64,000 bases of DNA from Lama glama. Taxonomy: Eukaryota. The stretch spans positions 2,234,001 to 2,298,000 of the forward strand of contig CM052817.1 of NCBI GenBank assembly GCA_028534125.1, in the 5' to 3' direction. Shown in pieces: positions 1-12,012 of the stretch (position 1 is its first letter; every line of letters starts with the position of its first letter). The notes under the pieces were generated by a model. It had not been told where the DNA came from and ran no database searches. It saw nothing but the letters and a program-made list of their open reading frames with translations. A program made the translations under genes and the position numbers.

Positions 1-1519
1 GTGGAGGAAGCATGGGTGACCGGGAGCATGGCTTGGGGATGTATCTGACTAATGTCTGTGCTCAGGAAGGCCTCCAGGAGGAGTGGGGGCCAAGTTCGAT
101 GCAGGCCTGTGAATGGGGTGTCAGGGATTGTGTTGTGGCAGTGGGGCAGGGGGTGGGTTCTCAGGTGGGAGGGGCTGAGAGGTGAGGGAACTGCCGGTGT
201 GCACGTGGAGTCGCACTGGGACCAGAGCTCCCCTTGGGCGGGTCCTGCCCCACGCTTCCTCCTTTGCTGAGGATCAGGGATCCCTCACAAGTGGCCCAAA
301 TGCCCCAGGACAGGGCGTTGGCCACACACATACGTTCACCCACAGAACGGGACCACCATAAATTACAAGCCTCGGGGCCTTGTGAAAAAAATGATGTTGA
401 TACTCTGTGGTCCTGGTTTCTTAAAAAGTATGCAACAGAAATGACCATCAGAGCTTTATTATTGGTGGAAAAAATGAAAAACCGCCTGCATGTCTAACAC
501 TGGGGAAGAATTCAGATAAATTCAGCAGCATCCGAGTCAGTCTGAATTCTACAGAGCAATTCAGAACCACGCCTCTCGGGACCCTGATGCTGCGGGGAAG
601 ATGCCCTGGCACTGCCCCATGGGTTTATCTGTGTGAGTCATTTTCGTGTATTTCATGCTTTAATCACATGGAATAATTAATTCGAGGAGATTATTTCAAA
701 CCCCCAAACCTGACAAACCACCAAGACACGGTGTGAAAGCTGGCCGTGTTTCTGGGCTGTTTGGAGAGGCCTGCCGCAGAGGCACCAGGGGCTGGACTGC
801 TCTTCCTCCCTAAGGCCCATCCTATCTTCTGTCACCTGGGAAGTGAGCAGGAGGGAAGCGGGCTGCGGCTTCGGAAGTTTAGAGCAGGGAAGACGGCTCT
901 GCTGTGCTCAGGAAGGGTGGGGCAGGAGTGCCCGGCAGCCTCTTTTCTGGGCTCCCAGGAAAGGCTAGGTGATTTGGATTTGGGTTCGCAGGGGAACCTT
1001 TCCTCGCCCGAGGGCCCTGCCTGGCTCCGAAATGCAGGGGATCGGGCTGGGCAGACAGACGTGGACGATGGGTGGGAGCCCTGCAGCCCACACGGCATCA
1101 ACACCCAGGGAGCGCTCCTCCACCCCCGCGCTGTCCAGGTCCCCAGGTGGCTCTCAGCCCCATGCTCCGGGTCCCCGGGGGCCTGCTGCTGCGTGGCGGA
1201 GGGTGTTGCCGCAACGGAATCACAGAGAATTCTGGCGTCTCCAGGCTGTGTGCTTTCTAGGGGAGGAGTCACAGGTCTTGCCAGTAACTCAAAAGGATCC
1301 TAGGATGCCCAAGACAACTGCTGTCCCCTCTGCTGTGCCCCAGGCGGGCATGACAGCCTGGCCCTCATTGCTCTGAGGGTGAGCAGGAGGCAGGTGCAGA
1401 CAGGGGCACAGCCTGGAGTGGGGGTGCAGGCAGGTGCCGGGGGACACTGCCTGGAGGAAGGGGCTCGGGGCAAATGAGGGGTGGGCACCTTCTTCACAGT
1501 TATGGGAAAACCACAGCTT

Positions 1520-1830
1520 GCAGGGGAGCGTCCCAAAGCCGTGGGCTGCCTGCCGGGGCTCCTGGTTGAGGACCGTCGCTGGCGGAGCCCCAGCACCGCC
1601 TGTCAGACCGCCTGCATCTCCCTCCTTAAAATCTTGCACTTCCTTGCAGTGCTTATACAAAGTCACCTAGAGGGCCTGCAGGTCTTCGTTCTGGAGGACC
1701 TTCTGCTCGTTAGCCTGCTTCCGGCCACGCTGCGTGATCACGTCATGCGGTTGGATCATGGGCTGCAGAGCGCTGGTGGCTCTGCCGTCTTTTACTCACC
1801 GACCTCCCTGGCACTGCTCTCTAAGAGCTG
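1520..1830 (-). pseudogene. Decayed type I keratin (KRT18-like) relic covering coil 2B and the start of the tail; in-frame stop and frameshift, apparently intronless
   Basis: Minus-strand translation gives colinear blocks LESSAREV (1801-1824), GRKQANEQKVLQN (1688-1726) and *VTLYKHCKEVQDFKEGDA (1613-1669). These match recalled KRT18 LENSLREV, GQRQAQEYEALLN and EIATYRRLLEDGEDFNLGDA with nearly correct spacing. TAG at 1667-1669 sits at the conserved E; there is a frameshift between blocks 1 and 2. Confidence 0.5.
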
Positions 1831-1999
1831 CGCTGCCTGGTCCTGTGGCTGCATCTTTTCCTGCATCCTTAATGGCCTCCCCGGGTTCATTCCTAGTGGT
1901 GGCCCTGCTGGGTGGGGATGCTTCCACACCTGAGGTGCACTTCGCCACCCTGCAGAGGTGTCCTGCAGGAGGTGTCCACCGGGACCACGTCTTGGCTGG

Positions 2000-2460
2000 A
2001 ACATTTGGGGGATTTTAAGCAAGAGGTGATATGTTCTGATCTAGGTTTTAAAGGACACCAGCCGCTAAGCTGGACCAAGTTTGGGGCAGAAAGGAAGCAG
2101 TGAGACCAGCTAGGAGGGTCAACAGTGGTGCTGTGGCGAGAGAGGCCATGCCTGGACAGGATGAGGGTCAGGGCAGCCAGTGATGAGGAGGGAGGGAAGA
2201 AAGATGGGATTCCAAACATGTTTTGAAGCAGAGCCAGTGGGGTTTTCTGAGGACTGGAGGTGGGTGTGAGGAAGTGGTCAGGGATGCCTGTGGTGACGGT
2301 GCTGATGGCCACAGATACACATGGCACCTCCCTAAGGGAGGGTTGCACTTCCCACTGTGGACGTTGGACGTGGTCATGGGACATGTGGCCAGGGACACGG
2401 AGAGGGAGGGACATGTGTGTCCTTCCAGGCAGCAGTTTTAAGAGCCAGTGCATAGTGAAG
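2000..2460 (-). mobile_element. L2 LINE fragment
   Basis: GATTTTAAGCAAGAGGTGATATGTTCTGATCTAGGTTTTAAAGG and downstream purine-rich text typical of antisense L2. Confidence 0.6.
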
Positions 2461-3729
2461 CCCGTTGGCCTGGGTCCTCATGTGACACAATGAACAGACA
2501 GGAACACAAGCCGTGCTCTCTGGTCTTAAGCCGTTGGGATGCGTGTAGTTTGTCAGCGCAGTCTGGGCTGGCCTGGCGGACCCAGGCAGGGGGAGCAGGT
2601 TGGGGGTGGGCGAGATCTGGAGCCCCGTTGATGTCACGGGGCAGCTGGCGGCAGGGGTGGGGTCTGGGGGGAGGTCCAGGCTAAGGGTGACCTGCTGACC
2701 TGCCTGTAGGTGCTACTTCAAGCCATAGCACTAAGCCAGTGGCCCATGTGTTAACTGTGGGTCCTCGGATGAGGAAGCTGGGGCGCAGTGAGACTGAGTG
2801 AGCGGCCGAGGTCCCTAGCTCCTCTGCTGTGGTGCAGAACTGACATCAGGTGACCTTGCACAGAACTACCTGGCATCCGGCACAAGACCAGCGCAGAGGG
2901 GTGGTCCCCAGCCCTGCCCGCCTGTGACGTCTAAGCGGCAGCTGGGCTGGGGGTGGACCCGCACTGCGCAGGGCAAGGACGGCGACAGAGACCCAGGCCC
3001 ACCTGCTACGCAGTCTCTCCTTGGTGTCTCCCCAGGCTCAGGGGCTGTTTGTTCTTCGGGTCCCAGCGCCCAGGGCAGGGGGCCCTGCTTCTGCACCCAC
3101 TGTTAAATACTCGTAAGGGGCTCCTCCGGCTTCACTGTGGGGAAGACAGAGCTCCTACGGCAAGGCAATTAGCCGAGAGCTGCCAGATGGAGGCCCCACG
3201 CCTTTTCAAGAGTCGGCATCAAGCCTTTGCACTTAAGCTGATTACTCTGCGCGATGATAAAGGAACAGGTGTTTCTAACCCACTCGAAAAGTAATGTATT
3301 TGAGCGATGTGATCATTTGCATGCTGCCTCCGGGACGAGGAACGGCTTGCTTTTATCCAGGGCGCGGGCGCCCAGTACGCCTGAGCATCTACCCCGCTGG
3401 CGGGCAGGGTGGTTTCGGAGCCCCTGCCGGGGTTTGCTCAGCCACCAGCTCCCCTTCTAGTCGGGTGACCTGGGCTGGACTGTTTTGCTGCTGCCCCACC
3501 TCGCCTCCAAAGTGATGATCCCCTTATAGACTCTGGAAAGGTCACGTGAGAAGCTATGTTGAAAGCATTGGCACATGGTAGCCGCTAAGCGAAGGCTCTT
3601 GGGAAGATCAGACACCTGCTCAAGGTGTGCCAGGTGACAGGGTGGAAACCGCCACCCCCAGGAGCTGACGGCGTGTAATTCACACTCCCTCCGGCGGAGC
3701 CTGAGGCCTCGAGCCGCGGCCTCAGCCCT

Positions 3730-5720
3730 TCCTGAGGTCCTGTGTCTCACCTTTTGCTACCTGTCAGGTCTCCGATGGAGACGGTACCTCCCTGTGCTAC
3801 TTGACATTTCCTGATTTGCGAGGGGGTTAGCTCATAACGGGAAAATGTTTGTCATTTGTATTTCCTTTTCTGTATTCCCGCCTTTCTCCACTGTTCCGTC
3901 GTGTGCTGTTCTTTTCTTGTTGATTTCCGAGCGTTCTTTGTATGTTCTGGTTATTAAGCCTTGGCTGGCTTCCGTGGGCTGCAGGAGTGAGTGGCGTCTG
4001 TCACTTTCTTTCCAATGTCTCGTTTTCACCATAGTTGCTTGGACCCACTTTGCATCAAGACGTTGATTTCTCCTCATTTACTTGTAAATATTTCAGTATG
4101 TGTGTTTTTTTTAATGTGGAGAATTCACGTTGGATTTTAGTAAACAGAATATGTTGCTGAAGTGGAGCCAAGTCGGTTAAGCATTTCGCTGTGGTTGCTG
4201 GTCTTGGTGGCTTATTGTGAAATCTTTACCGATTTTGAGGTTATGAAAATGATTTTCCTTTATTTGCTTGAAGTTTCAAAGTTTTGTCTTTCATATTTAA
4301 ATCTTTAAACTGTCTAGATTTGAGGGTTTTGGTGTCTGTTGTGAAAAAGGAAACCAACTTACTCTTTTGCACACAGTTGGCCATTTTGCCAGCACCGTTT
4401 ATGAAGAGGGTCCAGCCTCCCCACGCAGACTGGTGACCCACTGCTGCCATGGACGCCTCTGGGTCCCACGTGGAGGCTCTGTTCCCCTGCACTGGCCTTT
4501 CTGCCCATCCCTGCTCAACACCACCTTCTTTTGAGATGTAACCTTCCTTCACCATGAAGTGTGATGTGGTCTGTGTATTTTTTCACAGATGCCCCTCATC
4601 AGGTTGAAGGCATTCCCACCTATTCTTGGTTTCAGAAAGTGTTCATGGTGAACAGATGTGAATCTGTAATACTCACTTTTCTGCATCTGTTGAGATGATC
4701 CTATCAGCTTTCCCTCTTAGTCTGTTGAAGCAGTGGATTACGCTGGATGGTTTTCAAATGTTGAGCTAGCTTCCCGTGCTCGGGACAGGCGTCCCCAGTC
4801 ACGGAGGTTCACCATGTGTACCTCGTCATTCACCCCGAGTGCACGTGCTGATGCTCAGCTGCAGGTTTCTGTGTCCGTGTTCACGAGGGCTGCTGGCCAG
4901 TGGTTTTCTTTTCGTGTGGTCTTTGCCTGCTTTTGGTCCTGGGAAGCACAGATAAGCTGAGCAATGTTGTTCCTGTCAGTGGATTTGTGGGTATCGGGTT
5001 ATAATCCAGTGCTTCACTTCTGCCCAGATGTTTCCAGGTCTGGCCGTTGGGGATGCTTTCAGTGGCTCCCTCTGCCTGAACCCCTTCAGTGTGTGAGTGG
5101 TGTCTGTTTCTGAGCACATTTTTACTTTCTTGGGGCGGGGATAGAGTCAATCATTTCTCTGAGGACCTCTGGTCCCTTTTACTGCAGAGCAACACTAAAA
5201 ACCAAGAATGGGGCACTGGGTGCTTGTTGCTACTGGGGAGGCATGGCCTCTGGGAGTGCTCTAGGGGTGTCTCCTAGAACAAGGAGATGCACGGATTTTT
5301 AGTTACCCTCGTACACACACGCGCGCGCGCACGTTCGCCTTTGACTGTTCCTATACGTAACCGTGTGTATCTATATTAAGCTAAATATGAGTTCATGCTC
5401 TTATGCACCTTCCAATCTGTTACCACGTGAATCACTCTAGCCTCCTCTTGCGTATCTGTCACTTCTTACACACAGAGGAACCCGGCTCCTACCATCCACC
5501 ATCCATTTTCTTAATTGTTCAATTCTGGCAAACACACTTCGGTTAGTTTTGGCAATTTGTGTCTTTCAGTTTTTGTCCATTCCATCGAAGCTGTCACATT
5601 CATCGGCACAAAGCGGTTCACTGGGTTCTCTTGTTACACGCCTCGTGTCTGTAGGGTCTGTGGTAAGCCTCCTTTTTGATTCATGATATTGGATGATTTG
5701 TGTCTTCTCAAATGCACCTA
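3730..5720 (-). mobile_element. Composite old L1 (L1M-type) fragments, ORF2 and 3' region, antisense
   Basis: T-rich text with L1 signatures such as CAGTTGGCCATTTTGCCAGCACCGTTTATGAAGAG and GCATCTGTTGAGATGATC; minus-strand ORF remnant resembling L1 ORF2 (WTLFINGAGKMANCVQKSKL). Confidence 0.75.
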
Positions 5721-5849
5721 CAGGTGAGGTGGAGAGCTGGATTTCACAAGTGTTGGGGTTTTGGTAGCTGAGTACAATAAAATGAGAGAGGGATAACAGA
5801 GCTGAAGGTGTGTGTATGTTTGCGCACGCGCGCACACTTGTAAAGGAGA

Positions 5850-6200
5850 GATTATGGTGTCGGACTGTGGAAACTCAGCTGAGTAATGAGGGAAGTGAGG
5901 ACCCTTTAACGGTGATGGGGATAATGGATTGTGAGTCCCAAAGTGGTCATGGGGCCACCAGCCTGTGCGAGAGGGAAGACTGGAGGCTGTGAGAATAGGG
6001 AGATGCTTGAATGTGAGACTCTGGAGGGTGTGAATTTAATGTTAATGCAAAACCCAGGATACGTCCAAGGAGGGGATGCTGGAGGGTTGGATGGCCACAT
6101 CAGGAGAAGGGGTCGAGGAACCAAGAGTCCGGCCTGAGCTGGTGTCTCTGCTCTGGGCTCCATCTGCAGAGACACACAGGCCAGCCTCCTGCTGCCCACG
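5850..6200 (-). mobile_element. L2 fragment
   Basis: Purine-rich degenerate antisense L2-like text. Confidence 0.4.
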
Positions 6201-6264
6201 GGGACACAGAAAGTGCTGGATCCCTCCCGGTTTGGCTCTTCCCTTGGCCACATACCAGCAGGGA

Positions 6265-6415
6265 CACATTGTACAGTTCCTTAACTTCTCTGAGCTCAGC
6301 TTCTCCATCTCTAAATTAGGATAATAGCATCCACCTCGTGGGGCTGTGGGCCGTACTGCACGACGTTAGAACCCCTGCCGTGGGCCTGGCGAGGAGTAAG
6401 AGCTCAGCAAACTTG
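6265..6415 (+). mobile_element. MIR SINE
   Basis: CTTAACTTCTCTGAGCTCAGCTTCTCCATCTCTAAATTAGGATAATAGCATCCACCTC matches the MIR core. Confidence 0.7.
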
Positions 6416-6654
6416 AAGCCCGTCGATGGGGGTGTGAACGTTGTTTCGACCGCTTCCTTTCTGACTTCTTTCTACGTCTGTCAGCAGAACGTTCACAATA
6501 GACACGAGGTTGAACTAGTACTCTGCACATCCTTTCACGACATTCTTGCCACCCACCCCCTTATCACGTCCTCAGCGCAGCGCAGATATTGGGTCGAATA
6601 CCACGCAGTCGTTCCAGCTCACGCTTTCTGATGCTTGGGGTTTGCGTTAAAGTG

Positions 6655-7146
6655 TTTGTATCGGTTTCTTGTGGATGCCACCGCCGAGGGCCACAAACCG
6701 GGCCGTTCAAACAATAGAGACTTACTCTTTCAGGCATCTGGAGGCCAGAAGTCTGAAATCCAAGTGCCAGCCGGGCCCGCCCCTGCCCCCTCCCCCGCCC
6801 CGAGACTCTGGGCAGGCTCTCTTGTTTCCTCTTCTGACTGCCGGTGGTCCCTGGCCATCCATCCTCGGTGTTCCTGGGCCTGCATCCACGTCGCCCCAGC
6901 CTTTGCTTCCGTCCTCACGTGGCCGCCCCCCAACCCCGTGCCTCTGTCTCTGTGTCCTAATCGCCTCTCCTCATAAGGAAACTAGTCATGCTGGCTGAAG
7001 GCCCAGCTCTACACCAGTCCGACCTCATCTGAACGCAACTAATTACATCTACAAAGACCCTATTTCCAAAAAAGGTCACATCCACAGGTACCAGGGGTTA
7101 GGCCATGGATATACCTTTGGCGTGGGGGACACGTGTTAACCCGTAA
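6655..7146 (-). mobile_element. MaLR solo LTR (MLT1, C-like)
   Basis: CTGGAGGCCAGAAGTCTGAAATCCAAG and TAATTACATCTACAAAGACCCTATTTCCAAAAAAGGTCACATCCACAGGTACCAGGGGTTAGG are reverse-complement MLT1 signatures. Confidence 0.8.
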
Positions 7147-7149
7147 CAG

Positions 7150-7560
7150 TATTCCACCAAAAATAACGATAAAATACAAGAAAGGTGGAAATAAAAGATA
7201 CAGGATTGGCAAAAAATGGGTAATTGTTGCAGCTGAGGGTGGCTACCTGGGGGTTCATTATGTAAGTCTCTTTGTTTTTGTATATGTTTGAAAAATTCCA
7301 TAATAAGATTTTTTTTAAAAAAATCATAATTTCAATGAATATTTAATAAGCTGGAAAATGTGAAGTGCAAAAGATGCTGCAGAAAGCAGACACGCCGGAG
7401 GAGCCGGTGTGGAGGAAGCAGCTCCGAGCGCCCCGGCAGGCTTCCCTGGGGAGGCGAGGCCTGGCTGCTTTCTCTTTTTTTACTTTTAATTTTTCTGTAT
7501 TTTCCAAAATTCCCACACTGAGCATAGATTATTTGTATAATAATAAAATAATTTCATTTT
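7150..7560 (+). mobile_element. Old L1 (L1MC/L1ME) 3' end fragments
   Basis: GGGGGTTCATTATGTAAGTCTCTTTGTTTTTGTATATGTTTGAAAAATTCCATAATAA and TTTTCTGTATTTTCCAAAATT...TTATTTGTATAAT are L1 3' terminal motifs. Confidence 0.65.
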
Positions 7561-8189
7561 AACAAATCAAGTCACCCCTCCACCCGCCCACTCACGCACC
7601 CCTTCAACAGAACTTTCTGGAGCCTTGACGCTCGGCTGCCGGGGCGGGGCCTCTCCGAGGTGTAAAATGCTGCCCCTGCCCCGGGACACCCGCAGTCCCC
7701 GCAAGGGATCCAGGTGACGCTGACAACTCAACCTTCTGCCAAATCTCAGCGCATCCCAGTGGACTCAGGCCTCTGCTGTGGAGGCTGCAGAAAGAGAGGC
7801 CTCTTTAGAATGTTTGAAATTATTAATGATTTTGATAAGAACCGACCCAAAGGCCGTCAGCGTGCGGGGAGGGTGAGGAGTCAGCCCAGGGACCAGGGCT
7901 CCTTCAGCAGGGAGACTCAGGCCAGACAGGGAGCCGCGAGAGCGCAGCAGGCACCGTCCACAGAGCTCCAGCTGCAGGGAGGGGCTGCTCTTCAGGAGGG
8001 ACAGCTCTGGGCACTCGCACTTGGAGGGAGAGAGCGTCCGGGGAGGCCTGAGCCCTGAGCTAGAGTCCGGGGAGCTGCAGCCCGACAGGAGGCTTCAGGT
8101 CGCAGCCCCACTGCATGCAGCCGGCGCTCCCCCCAGGGCCTGGCGGGGATGCTCAGGGGTTAGGGGCAGGCCTGGACTCGGCCAGCCTG

Positions 8190-8360
8190 GATCTTGCTCC
8201 CAGACGTGACAATGGTCACTAGCTAGCGCATGCCTAGGGGCAAACTGCCTCTCCCGCAGCACCTCAGTTTTCCCTTCTGTGAAGTGGGTATGATGGTGCC
8301 TATCTCTGTTGTTATCAGTATGGAAGAGCTGTCTTTGGAAAGTCCTCACAGCCCTGTTCC
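8190..8360 (+). mobile_element. MIR SINE
   Basis: CCTCAGTTTTCCCTTCTGTGAAGTGGGTATGATGG core. Confidence 0.5.
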
Positions 8361-8367
8361 AGGGACA

Positions 8368-8668
8368 CTTGTTCCTGGTATCCACTGGGATGGATTCCAC
8401 CAATAACTGAAATCTGTGGATGCTCTAGTTCTTTATGTAAAATGGCATGGTATTTGCATATAACCTGGCACATTCTTCCAGATACTTTGAGTCATCTCTA
8501 GATTACTTGTAATACCCAAGACAATGTAATTGCTACGTAAATAGTTGCCAGTGCCTGGCAAATTCTAGTTTTGCTTTGGGAGAACTTTCTGAAATTTTTA
8601 TAAAATATTTTTGACCTGTGGTTGGTTGAATCCACGGATGTGAAAACTGGATTCAGAGGGCCAACCAC
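8368..8668 (+). mobile_element. MER2B non-autonomous TcMar-Tigger DNA transposon
   Basis: AAAATGGCATGGTATTTGCATATAACC, TCATCTCTAGATTACTTGTAATACC and GTGGTTGGTTGAATCCACGGATG match the recalled MER2 family consensus. Confidence 0.85.
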
Positions 8669-8684
8669 AAAGGCTCAACAAAGA

Positions 8685-9050
8685 CCAGGATGACAGTGAA
8701 AAAGACCATGACAATGAAAATGATGATGAGGAGGAGGTAATGAAGAATCAACACAAGGTGAAGATGACAATGAAGATGATAGAACATGACGATGATACTG
8801 AGGATTATGGTGATGATGATGGTGGTGGTGGTGGTGGTGATGATGACAGTGATGTTGATGATGATGGTGATATTGATGAAGATGATAGTGATGGGATGAT
8901 GATGATGAAGATGATGGTGTTGATGATGAAGGTAGTAATGGTGATGATGATGGTGATGATAGAACATGACGAGGACGGTGATTAAGATGGTAAAGATAAT
9001 GATGGTGGTGATGATGATGAGGAAAAGGAGAAGGAGGGGGAGGAGATGAC
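8685..9050. repeat. Degenerate (GAT/GGT)n trinucleotide low-complexity tract
   Basis: Visible GATGAT/GGTGGT arrays; source of the spurious poly-His and poly-Asp ORFs. Confidence 0.95.
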
Positions 9051-10595
9051 AACAGGGCAGCAACGAGAAAGATCCCATCTTTGTCTTCCTGGTTCGCACT
9101 CTGCCGAGAAGAGGGCTGGGATGACCCGGAGTGTGTACTCCACTGAGGCAGGTAGACAGGTGCATGGTCTGCACTGGGTTTGGGGGGTGAGTTCTGAACA
9201 CTCCCTCACAGGAGGTGCTGCTCCTTCAAAATCAGGCAGATTGGTTAGGGGTGAGCTGAATTTTGATTGTGCTGAGTTAAAATGAAATAAATTTGGATTT
9301 CTACTGAGTTGGGATTTGGATTAAATTGAAATGAAATGAACTGAACTAAACTAAATTTGGGTTGAGCTGGCTCAAGTTGGGCTATGTGGAGTTTGCTGAG
9401 GTGTGAGCCTCAGATCTGAACCGGGAACCTGAGGACCTCCCAGTCGGAATGTCTCCCAGCAGCGCAGGGCTCGGCCCGTCTTGACTCGGTGGCCCTGGGG
9501 CGGTTGCACAGTTGGTGACGTCTGCTCTCAGCCTTGCCTCTGCCCCCCACCCCAGCGCTCTCTGCCACCTGATCTTCAGGTTTCCTTGGGGGTCAGCCGT
9601 CCCCCAGCTGTGACTCCCCAGGAGTGTAGGTGGGGATGTGTTTCTGCGGGTGTGTGTAATGGGGGAGGGGTGTGCGTACGGGCGCCCGTCTGTGTGCAGC
9701 CTGGGGCGGGGCCCCTTCTCCTCCTTCTTAGGGGGTGTTGCCGACGTCAGGGACTCTGCACGCTGGAGCCTGTCTGCAGTGCCCTGTTTGCTTGGGCCTG
9801 CGGCGCCTTCAGCAAGCCATTTCAAAGGGTTGATCCCTAGAAGTTATCATAGGGCTCCTTGTCCTCCCTAGAGGAATGCTTGAAGGGGCCCAACCACTGT
9901 GTGCTGTGGGAACCTCCCCACAGTCAGCCTCTGCTTGGATCCCCCTGTGGACGGGGAGTTCACTGCTTCTCAGAGCAAAATCTGATTCTCCATCACTTCT
10001 CTGCTCTGGTTCTGGTTCAGCTTCTAGGCACCCCCAGAATTCTCTGGCAGTCTGTCCTTTCTGGCACACAATGTGGCTCTGCTCCCTGGGTGCAAAGTCG
10101 GGGCTCAAGAGATGCTAGCTTGGCCAGTTTCCCCCAGGGTGGTGCTCTACGCTCTGGCAGGCACTCGGGACAGTGGGTCTGGCGGTCCCACCCCCAGGTG
10201 GTTCTTTCACTGGGCTTCTAGTCCAGCCCATTTCCTCCTAGAAAAATTGGGGTCGGGGATGATGATGCTGGCCTCCCAGGAGGCTGTGGGAGGGAACAGA
10301 CCAGGCAGGCCAGCACTCTGCCCAGCAGGCAGGTGAGCCAGGGTAAGCTAAGGCTCCCTGATGTTGCTGGGGGTCCCCCTTCCTGCCTCCTAACTGCAAC
10401 ACCCGCTCCTCCCTCCAATGGCAAAGGAGGCCCAGCCTGCAGACAGGCGCTTTCCTGCAGGGACTCAGCCCAGGCAGATCAGGACTCAGTTGAGCCCTGA
10501 GTCCCCGCCCTCTCCCCGCTCCAGCCCTGCCCCCACCACCAGCACCACCTAGAGCCCTACAGTTCTCTACAAAACCTTTCTGAGTGAGGCTCCAG

Positions 10596-10609
10596 GTTGC
10601 CATGGAAAC
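10596..10609. promoter_or_regulatory. RFX X-box motif
   Basis: GTTGCCATGGAAAC, one substitution from the palindromic X-box GTTGCCATGGCAAC. Confidence 0.5.
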
Positions 10610-11199
10610 AGAAAGCCTCTGCGGTTAGCAGCCTTGGTGATCCAGGCTCCTCTCCCTGCAAAGTTCCAGGTGGACCTCCCTTGGGGGAGGGACAACACAG
10701 CACAGGGCAATCTTATCTCCTTTCAAGTTGCACCACCAAGGAGCGCTCAGCACTGCCAAGGAGCCTACTTCTGGATGAGGAAGCAGGCCCAGAGAGGGAA
10801 AGAAGCCAGCTCAAGGCCACACAGCTCCCCAAGGGCAGGGTGGTGTCTGGTTCCAGAGCTGACCCTACCGGCCGTCCTGGGTCCCCCAAGGTCATGGTTT
10901 AGGGACCTCCCAGGGGTTGGGGCTCCCTCCTGCACAAAGGCCCAAGATGCTTGGTGTTTGGAGTGGAGGAGATGTCTCTGATGGCAGGAACCTGCACCGC
11001 TGGCTGTTGACTCTGGATGAGGCTCCCCTAGTCTGGACCTCGGCTCCCCATTCACAAAATGAGTCCCCCATTCCTGCCTTTCGATCCCAGCCCTCCCCTC
11101 TTCCCAGGCCTGAGTCCTGGCCGTGGTCCCCCTGTGCTGGGCGGCAAGGGCCCCCAAAGAGGGAGGAGAGACGAATGGGTGGGCATAGGGGAGGTTTAG

Positions 11200-11480
11200 G
11201 GCGGTGAAGCCATTCCATGTGAAACTGTAAAGGGGGGCACAGGACATTTGTCGAAATCACAGAATTCGAACCACAGAGAGGAAATCGGCTATAAACCATG
11301 GGCTGCAGCCAGTGACGAGGGACCACACTGGCGACGAGTGCACCATGGCACTGTCAGACGGGGCACTCGGGGGGCTGCTGGGAGGGGTGCATGAGAACTC
11401 CAGACTTTCTGCCAAGTTTTTCTGTCAACCTAAACCTGCTCCAAAGTATAAAGTCTATTAGTTAAAAAAAAGGAAAAAAA
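11200..11480 (+). mobile_element. L1MC-type 3' end with A tail
   Basis: TTTTTCTGTCAACCTAAACCTGCTCCAAAGTATAAAGTCTATTAG followed by an A-rich tail. Confidence 0.75.
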
Positions 11481-11759
11481 GAGGGTGGGGGCCGCGACTG
11501 GAGTTGGGGAGGCAGTGGTTCTGCAAGGAGTTGCTGATCCTGGAACCCGGCCCCCCCCAAGGCCCCCTGTGGCTGGTGCCCCGGGTCATCTGAGGGCAGC
11601 ACGAGGCTGTCCCCAGCACTGCGGCAGGCAGCAAGGTGGGAGCAGCTGCCTTCCAGAACATTCTGGGCAGAGCTCAGACTCCGGCCTCCAGAGGCCCCGT
11701 TGGGCTCCACCAGTCAGGAGAGGGGCGGGCGGGGAGGGGAAGTCGAGGGCTCTGCTCAC

Positions 11760-11897
11760 CAGGGTGAGGGGCTTCTGCAGCAATTGGGGTGGGGGCTCCA
11801 GGGAGAGCCTCCTTCCCCCCTCGGGGGACATCAGAGACCCTGTGTGGTTCTCACTGTGCCAGCAGGTCCTCACGGTCAATGTGACGTCAGCTGAGAC
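11760..11897 (-). other. Candidate exon (5' UTR or alternative first exon) of an unidentified minus-strand transcript
   Basis: Minus-strand acceptor GCCTCCTCCGCAG|G and donor CTG|GTGAGC enclose 138 nt, open in phase 0 (VSADVTLTVRTCWHSENHTGSLMSPEGGRRLSLEPPPQLLQKPLTL, not recognised). Contains a perfect CRE, TGACGTCA, at 11882-11889. Confidence 0.35.
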
Positions 11898-12012
11898 CTG
11901 CGGAGGAGGCCACCATGCCAGCCCCGAGGGAGACGGGCCAGCGTGGGCTCCGGGCTGGGAACCTCGGCTGCCCTGGGGTCCGCAGGCAGTCACCCTGTCC
12001 ATCGAAGCTCCT

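Noticed and set aside
1740..1800. TSALQPM resembling the Tigger/pogo DDE motif TSxxQPMD, and a GTGAGT donor at 1799
   Set aside because: The catalytic D is missing and the flanks fit a keratin better; the donor has no convincing partner acceptor.
8653..9201. Long His-, Ile- or Asp-rich ORFs
   Set aside because: They are translations of a (GAT/GGT)n tract next to MER2B; several frames are open for purely compositional reasons.
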